A DNA stretch of 64,000 nt from Octopus vulgaris (lineage: Eukaryota): NCBI GenBank assembly GCA_951406725.2, contig OX597824.1:94054001-94118000 (forward strand), read 5' to 3'. Under the pieces are notes generated by a model. The model did no database searches. It saw only the letters and a program-made list of their open reading frames with translations, and was not told the DNA's origin. Shown one piece after another: positions 27,555-41,670 of this stretch (position 1 is the stretch's first letter; the number at the start of each line of letters is the position of its first letter). The translations under genes and the position numbers were made by a program.

Positions 27555-27701
27555 GCGTGGAAAGTGGCTAAGGTATTCGGTTCACGATCGTAAGGTCATG
27601 AGTTCAATTCCCGGCGACACAGTGTGTCCTGGAGCAAGACACTTTATTTCACATCGTTTCAGTTCACTCAGCTGGCAAAAATGAGTAGTACCTGTATTTC
27701 A
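27555..27701 (+). mobile_element. tRNA-derived SINE family C 5' fragment, nested in a family A head
   Basis: Matches the reverse complement of 27958-28109. Family A head sequence lies at 27491-27528 and resumes at 27702. Confidence 0.75.
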
Positions 27702-27740
27702 ACTTAGCGGTGTCTTTCCTTTCTTATATATTTTTTATTG

Positions 27741-27777
<37 letters not shown>

Positions 27778-27782
27778 AAAGA

Positions 27783-28109
27783 AGGAGCACTCCGTCGATT
27801 ACGACGACGAGGGTCCCAGCTGATCCGATCAACGGAATAGCCTGCTCGTGAAATTAACATGAAAGTGACTGAGCAATCCACAGACACCACGTGTACTCCT
27901 AACGTAGTTCTCAGGGAGATACAGCGTGACACAGAGTGTGTAACAAGGCCGGCTCTTTGAAATACAGACACAACTCATTTTTACCAGCTGAGTGGACTGG
28001 AGCAACGTGAAATAAAGTGTCTTGCTGAAGCACACAATGCGTCGCCAGGAATCGAACTCACGACATTACAATCGTGAGCCGAATGCCCTAACCACTAAGC
28101 CACGCGCCT
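27783..28109 (-). mobile_element. tRNA-derived SINE family C, full length
   Basis: Minus strand GGCGCGTGGCTTAGTGGTTAGGGCATTCGGCTCACGATTG..GAGTTCGATTCC (A and B boxes), followed by CORE-like AGCAAGACACTTTATTTCACG. Confidence 0.85.
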
Positions 28110-28779
28110 TGAAACACACACACACACATACACACACACACATATATATATATATGCCGATGTAAGTTGAAAATGCTCCAGAACTTTATAAACATGTATC
28201 TTTTGCGTAATTAAGACAAGTTTTGGGGGCGTCCTGAGAGACGACCGAGAGAGATAGATTATCTTTTTTGACGTATGTGGAGAATAATTTTAATTTTTTT
28301 TTTTTGTATTTATACGAGATGAAAACTAAAAATATAAAGATCCGTTTCCACAGAATAAATGTTTTCGTATTATAGTTCAACTGAAAATATATTGGTTAAC
28401 GTATTCTGAAGGTGAGTTTGAAAACTATTTAAGCATATCTATTACAAAAGTTAGAAGAATGTAAGAGAGTAACGAAGAACGAAAATAGGAGTCACGTGTT
28501 GCTTCGAGCCTTTTCTATGATTTTAGTTTATACATTTTCGAGTCTTGCAAAATAAAAGGGAGATTTTTACAGTATAAGAAAGCAGTCATGTGTGGTGTGT
28601 GTGTGTCAGTGTGTCTGTGTGTATGTGTGTGTACCACGTCTATATGTTTGTGTCTGTCACTACCACGGCTTCAGAACACGTGCTGGTTTCTTCACGCTCC
28701 TGTAACCAAGCGGTTCAGCAAAAAGACACCGCTAGAATAAGTACCTTAGACTACCCATCTTAGACTACTTTACAAATCT

Positions 28780-29040
28780 GAGCAATGTTGAGCAAAGGAA
28801 GACCAGCAGTCGCCCATGCATACCGGCCTCCTCTCTTCACGCCACCGATGTTGTCCTAAGGAAAGTCAAAGGCCGATAAGCTTGGCACCAGTGACGTCAC
28901 AACCCTTTCTACAGCTGAGTGGAATTGTAGCAACGTGGAATAAAGTGTCTAGCTCAAGAACACAACACACACAGCCCGGTCCAGGAATCGACCTCACTAC
29001 CACATGATTGTGAGCCCGATGCTCTAATCACTGAGACTCA
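28780..29040 (-). mobile_element. tRNA-derived SINE related to family C with a different 3' part
   Basis: Minus strand CTCAGTGATTAGAGCATCGGGCTCACAATC..GGTCGATTCCTGG..GACACTTTATTCCACGTTGCT..CCACTCAGCTG. Confidence 0.7.
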
Positions 29041-29079
29041 ACAAAATATAAGTGCTGGAGTCGGTTTGTTCGACTACAC

Positions 29080-29188
<109 letters not shown>

Positions 29189-29250
29189 CAAGTACGCGCA
29201 TATAAGACACCTCCTTAGGTTTAATCGAAATCGATGTGAAGCAAAATATG

Positions 29251-29284
<34 letters not shown>

Positions 29285-29736
29285 ATCATTATAAGCATTA
29301 TATATATACACCAACACTCACAAATATACATACATATATGTATATATAAACATCATAAGCATTATACACATAGATACACACACATACATATAAGCATATA
29401 TATCTTTCTGCATACCCATACTTGCATGTAAATATGTATGTATGAACGTATATAAGTATATATGTATATATGTATATAAGTATGTATGTATGTGTGTATA
29501 TGTATGTATATGTGTGTATATATATATGTATGTACGTAATTTAAAACAACAGATATACGCCTAAACCAAAAACAGTCGCCATAAACCGAGCCAACGCTAG
29601 CCACCGAATTATCAGCGACATCTGTAAACAGCGATTTCACGGTTAATTAGTCGTTAGACATTTTGGAAAAATGGTGCACAGTTCACAACTTTGTTTAATG
29701 CGGTGTGTGTACACGGGTAGAGAAGGGGTAGGCCTA

Positions 29737-30640
29737 TTGTTGTTGTTGTCTTGTTGGTCCTATCGTTGTCTTCTCGTTGTTGTTGTTGTTGTTGTTGTTG
29801 TTGTTATTGTTGTTGTTTTTGTGCTTGCTGTTGGTGGAGATATTTTGTAATGTTAGTGATGAAATTTGTTCTCGTCATAGTAATGGCGGCTTATTGGTGG
29901 GTATCATGGAAGCTGCGAAGTTGAGGCTGGTGATTTCTGCTGCGATTGATAGTCAGGATAGTCGGTGGTGGTGGTGGTGGTGGTGGTGGTTGTGGTCTGG
30001 ACGATGGTAGTGGTGATGGTAGTAGCAGAGGTGGGTTTGGTGTTGGTGGTTTTGGTGGCGGCGGCCGCGGCTGTGGTGGTGGTGGTGGTGGCGGCGGCGG
30101 TGGTGATGGTGGTGGTAGTGGTGGTGGTGGTGGGTGGTGGTGGTGGTGGTGGTGGTTGTACTGGTGCTGGTGATGCTGGTTGCGGTGTTGTTCATGTTGG
30201 TGGTGGTGGTGATATGGTGGTACGGTGGTGGTGCTGGTAGCACTGGTGGCGGTGGAGGTTAGGGCGGCGGTGATGGTCGTTGTCGTAGTGTTGAGTCGAT
30301 GGTAATAAACATGGTAGTGGTGGTGGTGGTGGTTGTGGTAGTAGTGGCTACGGTGGAAGTGATTGTGGTGGTGCTGATGATGGTAATCATGACGAAGGTG
30401 GTAGTAGTAGCGGTGGTGCTGGTGGTGGTGGTGGTGGTGGTGGTGGTGGTGGTGGTGGTTGTGATGGTGACGTTTGTAGTAACGGTGTTGATACTATCGA
30501 TGGTAAAGGTGTCTGTAGTGGTGGCCATGATAGTAACGGCAGTGGTCGTGATTGTTATGACGGAGACTGTCATCATCGCGATCTTGATTGTAATGATAAT
30601 GGCGGTGCTCTTGATTGCAGTTGCGGTATTATTGCAGTTG
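29737..30640. repeat. (GTT)n/(GGT)n and degenerate trinucleotide low-complexity tract
   Basis: Directly visible; source of the poly-V/G/T/H ORFs. Confidence 0.9.
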
Positions 30641-30659
30641 TGTGTATGTAGAACAAATT

Positions 30660-31590
<931 letters not shown>

Positions 31591-32074
31591 CCAGCGATGG
31601 CTGTAGTGTTTATTACTAAAGCTGGCTTTGTGTGTCCAAAGCGGTGAGGTCGGCATCACATTTGTTCACCTTTGTTTTCTCAAGTAGTGTTTTTAAGATA
31701 GTGTAAGGTGTTCGGCAGGATGTTGCCGGGCAGGTAGGCAGGCAGGCAGGCAGGCAGGTACTGAAAGGAAAAAGGTGTTGGTTTGATGAGGTGACGTCTT
31801 ATAACCGACGTGAATGTCACGGCGGTTACTTACGTTGTTGTTGTTATTGTTGTTGTTGTTGTTGTTGTTGCTGTTGTTGTTGCTGTTGTTGTGGTGGCTT
31901 GTTATTGCTGCTGTCCTTTTGATCATTGCTATCAATCGGTTGCCGTTGCTAAGACACGATAGCATAGCGAATGAAAACGTTTAATTGACAAAGGTGATTT
32001 TCAAAGGAGTAAACACACAATCACCATTTTGGCATACGCACTGATAATGTATACATAGTATAGCACGAATACCT

Positions 32075-32093
32075 ATGTATATATATATGTATG

Positions 32094-32146
<53 letters not shown>

Positions 32147-32174
32147 ACATACATACATACATATATACATATAT

Positions 32175-32230
<56 letters not shown>

Positions 32231-32480
32231 TTATATGTATATATGTATATATATATGTATATATATATATATGTATATATATATACGTATATATATATAT
32301 TTATATATATGTATATGTATATATAAATATATATATATATATATGTATATATATGTATATGTATGTATTTGTATACATATATATATGTATATATATATGG
32401 ATATAGAAATTTATATATACACGTATGTGTGCGTGTGTGTGTTCGTGTGCGTGTATGTAGAAAATGTATGCGTGTATATG

Positions 32481-32537
<57 letters not shown>

Positions 32538-32550
32538 ATATATATATGTG

Positions 32551-32602
<52 letters not shown>

Positions 32603-32878
32603 GGAGAGAAAGTGGATTATGCATGGGTTGGCTAGAGCTTTACATATATATATATACAACATGCACCATCCGTATGTATGCATACACACAAGCACGCACA
32701 CATACACAGACACTCACACACACACACACAAAACATATTCAGACACACAAACAAGCGCATCAATTAAACCTCGCAACTTATTAGATTTGCCTTAAGATGT
32801 TGGTATATAAAAAGCTAAATAAGCTCTTTGTATACACATGTGTATAAGTATGCTTGTCTGTTCACATATGTGTTTCTG

Positions 32879-32913
<35 letters not shown>

Positions 32914-33105
32914 GTACATTCTTGTGGATTTATATATATCCACAAACATACACACACACACACACACATAGATAGATAGATATATACATACATGTACAGA
33001 TATATAAATAGATAGATAGATTAACAAATAAATAAATAAATAAATAGAGACATACATACATACACACTTATACAGATAGATAAACAGACAGACAGACAGA
33101 CAGAC

Positions 33106-33200
<95 letters not shown>
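32075..33200. repeat. Compound (TA)n/(TG)n/(GATA)n microsatellite block
   Basis: Directly visible. Confidence 0.95.
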
Positions 33201-33255
33201 AGAATAGAGAAATATTTGGAAGTGATAACTGAAGAGGAGTTACACAATCACATTC

Positions 33256-33342
33256 ATTAGCTGACAGCTGTTTCTTCTATAACAATCAGTGGACTCACAG
33301 CTGAGTTCTTATGCGACATCCTGTAGCTTCCTCGGAGCCATT
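33256..33342 (-). ncRNA. Candidate hammerhead ribozyme variant (core CCGAGGA, long stem II)
   Basis: Minus strand: TGGCT-CCGAGGA-[~54 nt]-GAAAC-AGCT-GTC-AGCTA. Stem I has 5 bp, stem III is the palindrome ACAGCTGT, and the triplet is GUC. The base of stem II pairs poorly. Confidence 0.4.
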
Positions 33343-33474
33343 AGCCTATCTGCTATTGTCATGCATTTATTGATTTTTACCCTCTAAATTCACACAAGGC
33401 TTAACGCTAAAGCAGAAGTACATTGATTTCTATCGAGTGGTTATAAGAAACGCTATGCCCAAGGGAAAACATAT

Positions 33475-33573
<99 letters not shown>

Positions 33574-33770
33574 TGGATTACCTCGTATTTATATGTTTGA
33601 TCTTGATGTACCTGTTGATGAAGGCTCCACCTAGCAAGATAGATGGTAAATGTTTTTATTTTTCATTCCCTTCGAAATTTATCCCTAATAGTGGTTTGGA
33701 TTTTGGCTACTCCTTCTAGCGTGCCAGGTATCCTATGATGGTTACCTCTTATGTGTTTAAATGTGCACTG

Positions 33771-33921
<151 letters not shown>

Positions 33922-33928
33922 AGAGAGA

Positions 33929-34184
33929 GAGACCTGGACGCCATACACACGCCAAGAGCGTCGCCTAAATATCTTTCACATGCGCTGCCTCCGGAAAATC
34001 CTTGGCATCAAATGGCAGAATCGTGTCCCCAACAAAGATCTCCTCAAGCAAGCAGGAAAGACGTATGAGATAGCTTGGACATGTTAGTCGTCTGGAAGAT
34101 GGCAGAATCCCCAATGACATACTTTACGGAGAGCTTGGTAGGGGCACTAGATCTGTGGGAATACCGTTCTTACGATACAAGGAT
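33929..34184 (+). pseudogene. RTE-clade LINE ORF2 C-terminal fragment
   Basis: [43 protein letters not shown], then after a frameshift LGHVSRLEDGRIPNDILYGELGRGTRSVGIPFLRYKD, which are typical RTE post-RT motifs. Confidence 0.9.
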
Positions 34185-34189
34185 GATAG

Positions 34190-34321
34190 ATTACTTACCA
34201 ACCACATGGTTCCGGGTTGAGTTCCACTGCGTGGCATCTTGGGCAAGTGTCTTCTACTATACCCCGGGCCAACCAAAGCTTTGTGAGTGGATTTGGTAGA
34301 CGGAAACTGAAAGAAGCCCGT

Positions 34322-34361
<40 letters not shown>

Positions 34362-35100
34362 AATTAATAAATGAAACATGCATATATACATACACATATG
34401 TACGTACCTACGTCTCTATGTATATATACATGCATATATGGGTACAGGACACCAAAAATCGTCGAACACAATGAGAAACGAAAACATAAACACAAAACCA
34501 AGGAAATGGATATTTTCGTTAAACAACGAAAAAATAGAGTACAGGACATACAAAACAAGGAAAATTCCCCTTCTTCAGTTGCCTTTGTTTCATCTACTCG
34601 TATGTATTTCTGAATGTATGTATGTATGTATGTATGTACGTATGTATGTGTGTATGTATGTATGTATGTATGTATGTATGTATGTATGTATGTATGTGTG
34701 TATGTATGTATGTGTGTATGTGTGTATGTATGTATGTATGTATGTATGTGTGTATGTATGTATGTATGTATGTATGTATGTATGTGTGTATGTATGTATG
34801 TATGTGTGTATGTATGTATGTATGTATGTATGTATGTATGTATGTATGTATGTATGTATGTATATAAATGTTTGTGTATCTGTGTTTCTACCTTTCCCCA
34901 CCATCGCTTGACAACCGATGCTATTTACGTGTGTTTACGTCCCCCATAACTTAGCGGTTCTGCAAGAGAGACCGATAGAATAAGTACTAGGCTTACAAAG
35001 AATAAGTCCTGGGAGTCGATTTGCTCGACTAAAACGCAGTGCTCCAGCTCGGCCGCAGTCAAATGACTGAAACAAGTAAAAGAACAAGAGAATAAAAGAA
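34190..35100 (+). mobile_element. SINE family B split by a family P1 element (34360-34600) and expanded (TATG)n
   Basis: 5' part 34190-34322 and 3' part 34870-35100. Confidence 0.85.
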
Positions 35101-36187
35101 TACGTTTTTAACACCATTTTCTATTCCCCTCCTGAGTTTAATTGGCCGTTCTTGTTATTGATGGGGCTTTTGTTGTTGTTGTTGTTGTTGTTGCTGTTGG
35201 CTTTGTCATCGTCGTCGTCATCGTTGTTGTTCTTGTTGTTTCTTCATCTCTTCAGAAATGTCTGTTAGCTGAGATTAGCCTCCCTGCAGACAGAAGAAAG
35301 CATGGTTCTTTTTTTTTTTTTTTTTCATTTTGTTTTTCGGACATTTTATTATTTTTTTGTAGCCATTTGTATAAATTTTGTTTTATCGTTTCCTAGATGC
35401 TTTGCTTGTCATATATTTCATAACGGTTTTCTAATTTAGAAACACCATTAAACCCCAAGATCGTGGTAAATATTGTCATTCACGATCTGGTTTCCCTGTG
35501 ATCTATGTCAAACGCCATCATTATTTGCCTTGTTTTTCTTTATGTAGTCTTCCTAATTCACTTAACTTCCAGTTGAGAATACCATAACAGATTCGTCAGT
35601 CAGCTAATATACTGTTAGTTATTACCTTATACCTGGCGTTAATCTCCCTTTCAGGTAATTATATCATGTGTCTAGAATATTCCTTCCAACCCTTATCGTT
35701 TCATCTGTCTAATGTACACTTTGCACGGTTCATTTCTTTATAAGTATTTGAAAAAGACTATATGTGTCTGCTCTAATTCTCTTATCTCTATTCCTCTGTA
35801 TGTGTCTGATATAATGTTTGTGGTTCTTTTACTAATTTTCTTGCTCTCAAAGATGTCGCAGTGAAATTTTCCAAACCGAATCTGTCGCGTAGAATGAAAT
35901 ATATTCATGTAAAAATCATGTTTAACATGTATTCAGACGTGATAATATCTTTCGCTGCAGAAATAGACCCGAGGGAAAATTCTCAGAGACTTGTTTAAAA
36001 TACATTTTGTTTTGCGTTGTGAGTGACGTCATTGGATCGTAGGACGCGTACGCTTCTGGGTCGTTCTGTTTCGTCAGATACGAAAAGCAACGCCATTGCT
36101 TACAGCCCGGAAAGAATAGATTTTTTTCTTATAAAATCAGGAAATCTATGTTAACTGATGGTCGTAACGATTGGTCAAGCTAAAATT

Positions 36188-36343
36188 GTGGCTGTGTGGT
36201 AAGTAGTTTGTTTACCAGCCACATGGTTCCGGGTTCAGTCCCACTGCGTGGCATCTTGGGCAAGTGTCTTTTGCTATAGCCCCGGGCCGACCAATGCCTT
36301 GTGAGTGGATTTGGTAGACGGAAACTGAAAGAAGCTTGTCGTA

Positions 36344-36380
<37 letters not shown>

Positions 36381-36607
36381 GCGTGTGTGTGTTTGTGTGT
36401 CTGTGTTTGTCCCCCTAGCATTGCTTGACAACCGATGCTGGTGTGTTTATGTCCCCGTTACTTAGCGGTTCGGCAAAATAGACCCATAGAATAAGTACTG
36501 GGCTTACAAAAGAATAAGTCCAGGGGTCGAGTTGCTCGATTAAAGGCGGTGCTCCAGCATGGCCGCAGTCAAATGACTGAAACAAGCAAAAGAGTAAAAG
36601 AGTAAAG
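36188..36607 (+). mobile_element. SINE family B with ~84-bp flanking direct repeat
   Basis: Near-consensus copy. 36104-36187 is repeated at 36608-36692. Confidence 0.95.
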
Positions 36608-37007
36608 AGCCCGGCAAGAATAGATTTTTTTTCTTATAAAAACAGGAAATCTATGTTAACTGATGATCGTAACGATTGGTCAAGCTAAAATTAAATAGAT
36701 AATGTGGAATGAAGTAGCGTAAAGTAAAATGTATTCAGGTAAAGTGAAGTTTAATACGATTTTTGAGACTAAGACCCTTTAATTCGACGCTCAAGCATAG
36801 TCGGAGACCAGTAACTGAAAGAAGTGAAAGATTAAAAGCAATTGCAATACTGGAAATTACCTCCCCTGGGACACCGAATCTTTTCTTTTATTTGTTTCTA
36901 TTGACCTCCAACGAAAGGGCAAATTTCAGGTGATGCCCGCCACATTCTCCACATCTACATCAATAAGATTATTCTGAATAAAATCTATGCTAATATTTCT
37001 ACCAAAT

Positions 37008-37860
37008 AGGTGACGAGCTGGCAGAATCGTTAGCGCGATGGGCAAAATGCTTAGCGGCATTTCACCCGTCATTACGTTCTGAGTTCAAATTCCGCCGGAG
37101 TCGACTTTGCCTTTCATCCTTTCGGAGTCGATAAAATAAGTACCAGTTACGCACTGGGGTCGATGTAATCGACTTAATTCCTTTGTCTGTCCTTGTTTGT
37201 CCCCTCTATGTTTAGCCCCTTGTGGGCAATAAAGAAATAAGAATAGTTAGCACGCCGGGTGAAATGCCCTAAGCATTACGTTCTGAGTTCAAATTCCGCC
37301 GGAGTCGACTTTGCCTTTCATCCTTTCGGTGTCGATAAAATAAGTACCAGTTATGCACTGGGATCGATGTAATCGACTTAGCCCATCCCCCGAAATTGCT
37401 GGCTTTGTGCTAATATTTGAAACCAACATTTCTTCTCAATAAAGAGGCAAGCTGGCAGAATAGTTAGCTTGCCGGACAAAATACTTAGCAACATTTCGTT
37501 CGTCTTTACATTCTGTGTGCAAATACAGCCGAGATTCTCTTTGCCATTTATCATTTTAGGGTCGATAAAATAAGTACCAGAGAGCGCTGGGATCGATGTA
37601 ATCGACTTACATCCTCCTCAGAATCGCTGGCCTTGTGCTAAAATGTCTGGTAGATAAAGCGGCGTGTTGGCAGAATCGTTAGCACGCCGGGCAAAATAGA
37701 TAGTGGCTTTTCGTCCATTTTTACGTTATGAGTTCGAATTTCATCGAGATTGACTTTGCCTTTTATCCTTTCGAGATCGATAAAACAGGTACTAGTTGAG
37801 CACTGTGGTTGTTGTAATCGGCTTACCCTTCCCCTAAAAACGTTAGTCTTGTATCAAAAT
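37008..37860 (+). mobile_element. Cluster of SINE family A copies (dimer 37008-37425, 37445-37645, 37659-37860)
   Basis: Four successive copies of the head and central domain. Confidence 0.9.
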
Positions 37861-37960
37861 CGATCTTTCTTCTTAATCTTTGTTTCCTGGTCTTTTAGAG
37901 GCGGCCGGTATCCTTAATGTGTGATACAAACGGGAAAATTTGTGGGAAGAAGATAAAAAG

Positions 37961-38527
37961 AAAATACCTATTTCTTTACTACCCACAAGGGGCTAAACAC
38001 AGAGAGGACAGACAAACGGATTAAGTCGATTATATCGACCCCAGTGCGTAACTGGTACTTATTTAATCGACCCCGAAAGGATGAAAGGCATGGTCGACCT
38101 CGGCGGAATTTGAACACAGAATGTAGCGGCAGACGAAATACCTATTTCTTTACTACCCACAAGGGGCTAAACACAGAGAAGACAAACGGATTAAGTCGAT
38201 TACATCGACCCCAGTGCGTAACTGGTACTTAATTTATCGACCTCGAAAGGATGAAAGGCAAAGTCGACCTCGGTTGAATTTGAACACAGAACGTAGCGGC
38301 AGACGAAATACCTATTTCTTTAATACCCACAAGGGGCTAAACACAGAGAGGACAAACAAGGACAGACAAACGGACTAAGTCGATTATATCGACCCCAGTG
38401 TGTAACTTAATTTATCGACCCCGAAAGGATGAAAGGCAAAGTCGACCTCGGCGGAATTTGAACTTAGAGCGTAACGACAGACGAAATACCGCTAAGTATT
38501 TCGCCCGACGTGCTAACATTTCTGCCA
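37961..38527 (-). mobile_element. SINE family A trimer
   Basis: Junctions at 38312/38313, 38142/38143 and 37968/37969. Confidence 0.92.
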
Positions 38528-38878
38528 AAATACCGTAAACGTATTGTGTTAATTGACTATTTCACCTTTTGCCCCAAATTTAAATCTGATTTTCAAACTA
38601 TCTACGATAGTGAAAATTGTAAAAGTATTCAGCGCCCCCAAAGGCCATTACTATTTATTGAACAGTGAACTCGAGAGACGAGAAGTTATAACCCACATTT
38701 AAAAAATACGGCTGCGGGAGTTCGGCTTCTGTTTACTCGAGTAATTTTCTCATTATTAACGAATTAGTTGCTTAGGTTTCTTTTTTCTTCGTACAACTAA
38801 CACACATTATTGAGAAGTCATACTAAATTAAAAAAAAAAAAGACAATACCAGCTACACAAACACGTACGATTCAGTAT

Positions 38879-38931
<53 letters not shown>

Positions 38932-38964
38932 CATATATATATATCTACATTCTTCATACATTTA

Positions 38965-39016
<52 letters not shown>

Positions 39017-39017
<1 letters not shown>

Positions 39018-39187
39018 TTATTCTTTTACATATTTCAGTCATTTGACTGCGACCATGCTGGAGCACCGCCTTTTAGTCGAGCAAATCGACCCCAGGACTT
39101 ATTCTTTGTAAGCCCAGTACTTATCCTGACGATCTGTTTTGCCAAACCACTAAGATACGGGGAGGTAAACATACCAGCATCGGTTAT
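39017..39187 (-). mobile_element. SINE family B 3' half
   Basis: TTTCAGTCATTTGACTGCGACCATGCTGGAGCACCGCCTTT..ACCAGCATCGGTT. Confidence 0.85.
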
Positions 39188-39191
39188 CATC

Positions 39192-39505
39192 GAGGAGGAG
39201 GAGGAGGAGGAGGAGGAGGGGAGGAGGAAGACAAAGAACGAAGAAAGAAGTAGATGAAGGCGAAAAGAGAAGAAGAAAAAGAGGAGGAGGGTGAGGAGAC
39301 GTAGAAGAAGAAGAAGAAGAAGAAGAAGAAGAAGAAGAATCAAGAAGAAGGAGGAGGGGAGGAGAAGGGGAGGAGACGAAGGAGAAGAAGAAGAAGAAGA
39401 AGAAGAAGAAGAAGAAGAAGAAGAAGAAGAAGAAGAAGAAGAAGAAGAAGAAGAAGAAGAAGCAGAGCAGGAGACAGAAGGGAAAGTATGGGAGAAGGAG
39501 AAGAG
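39192..39505. repeat. (GAG)n/(GAA)n polypurine tract
   Basis: Directly visible. Confidence 0.95.
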
Positions 39506-40082
39506 ATGTGAACAAGAAATTTTAAAATATCCAGCAAAACACACATAAAAAAAAAACAGAATAGGCAAAACAAATAAATAAATAAACCAAGCCTTTCAGT
39601 CGCTCGTTGCAATGAAAGAGAGGCTGTGTAAGTATAAAAGTTAATTTGGGTTTATTGGAGCGTGAAGAATTTTAGTGTGGTTTATTATACAGAGTTTTTA
39701 CTACTGTTTTTATTCTAGATTTATTCAAATTTATTTGGCATGAAGTTCAATATAAAGTTTATAATAGCATGTGTCCAGATTAATTACTTATCCTTAAGGG
39801 GTGGGGATTGGATGGCGAATTGGTGATTGTGGTGGTCGTCGTCGTGGTGGTGGTCGTGGTGGTGGTCGTGGTGGTGGTGGTGGTGGTGGGAGTGGTCTTG
39901 TGGTTTTACCAAAGTGAAATGTGTTGTTTTGAGCCAAATACATTTATCCAGTACTCTGTGTATATACATGTGTGTGTGAGTGTGTGTTCATGTACGTGCG
40001 TGGGGGGTGCGCATAAATATATGTATGTATGTATGTATCGATATACATATATATATACATACATATATACATATTTTCATAC

Positions 40083-40145
<63 letters not shown>

Positions 40146-40208
40146 TGTATATATGTATGTATATATATATATATACATATACAAATATATATATATGTGT
40201 GTGTATGA

Positions 40209-40248
<40 letters not shown>

Positions 40249-40487
40249 GGATATCAACAGGTAATCCATACTGTGCCGGTGCGTTACTCATCATCTATTT
40301 ATACATTTTGTATAATATCTCCATTACATGTATAATATATAGATAGATAGGTAGATAATCTAACTTGGAAATGGATGCGCGACGCTCAATCATATCATAA
40401 TATAAATAATATACATATGCGTGTGTGTGTGTGTGTATGAGTGTGTGTGTGTGTGTATGAGTGTGTGTGTCTCTGTGTGTGTCTGTA

Positions 40488-40522
<35 letters not shown>

Positions 40523-40526
<4 letters not shown>

Positions 40527-40820
40527 AGGACGTCATCAAACGTAAAAAACATGAAATACGGAGACAAACTTAGGTATGCAAACAACGAGAGAAACACATG
40601 GAAAACCAGACAAATAATATAAAGAACGACCCTTCATCAGTTATCGGCTGTCCATCTACTCCTCATTTTGAGGAATATGACGGCAATATGATGTTTCGAA
40701 AGGGAGTTGCTCCCGTGAACCAAAATAAACTTTGGGTTTTGCGGAGGGTCAAAATTGATAACAAAAACAGGACAGTGAAGACATACAACAAATCAAACGA
40801 AAACAAATATGGATGACCTT
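40523..40820 (-). mobile_element. Family P1-related repeat
   Basis: Shares GTACAGGAC.. and CCTTC.TCAGTT...CATCTACTC with 34440-34600. Confidence 0.55.
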
Positions 40821-41309
40821 TAGACAAGACGAGGTAAGGTAGCGAATGCTGGAGGAATATTGTCTTTGACAAGGGAAAAGATAGAAGAGTAAAAATATAA
40901 GAATGCGTCTGGTTTGTAAGACAGACTGAAAGATTTGGAAGAGGATCACATGAGGAAAAGAAAGATGGATGATGGTCACGTGTGAGCAACGAGAGAGAGT
41001 AAAGGAGAAAGAGGGAGAGAGAGATAGACAGACAGACAGATAGAAAACGGTAAAGGGGAGAAAACATTACAGAAAAGATGAGAGAGAAAAAACGAAAGGG
41101 GGAAAAGGGGAGACAAAATTAGAGAAAGGAAGAGTGAGAAAACGAAAGCGGGGAGAGAGAACAGTACAGGGTAGAGTCGCATCAAAATTATTAAGATAAT
41201 CTTACTTGGAAATATATATTCTTTATATATTTTTATATGATTGAACGCTATGCATTCATTTCCCAGTAAGTTTATCTTAATAATTTTGATGTATATATTT
41301 TTGTATGTA

Positions 41310-41525
41310 TGTACTTGTGTGTCTGTGTTTGTCCCTCCACCATCGCTTGACAACCGACGTTGGTGTGCTTACGTCTGCATAACTTTGCGATTCGGCAAAA
41401 GAGGGGGGGGGCGATAGAATAAGTGCTAGACTTACAAATCATAACTCCTGGGGGTCGATTTGCTCGACTAAAGGCGGTACTCCAGCATGGCCGCAGTCAA
41501 ATGACTGAAACAAGTAAAAGAATAA
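41310..41525 (+). mobile_element. SINE family B 3' half
   Basis: GTGTTTGTCCCTCCACCATCGCTTGACAACCGA..CAGCATGGCCGCAGTCAAATGACTGAAACAAGTAAAAG. Confidence 0.88.
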
Positions 41526-41617
41526 ATGAATACATTCTTACAAACCCACGCAATCATATGTATGACTTACATCTCTCTCGCTCCTTCTCTCTCTCTATAT
41601 ATATATACACATGCATG

Positions 41618-41670
<53 letters not shown>

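Noticed and set aside
28040-28109. tRNA-like sequences here and at 57763 and 50935
   Set aside because: A and B boxes are present, but they continue into SINE bodies or are truncated, and I see no complete cloverleaf with acceptor stem; treated as SINE heads.
33613-33690. TTGATGAAGG...CCTTCGAAA motif between TA tracts
   Set aside because: Core C3 is absent and stems I and III cannot be formed.
35256-35305. Possible small exon after CTCTTCAG
   Set aside because: No acceptable donor site (GTTCTT).
37961-38527. Regular ~175-bp repeats resembling a CRISPR array or satellite
   Set aside because: Whole units repeat with no unique spacers, they match a dispersed SINE, and the context is eukaryotic with no cas genes.
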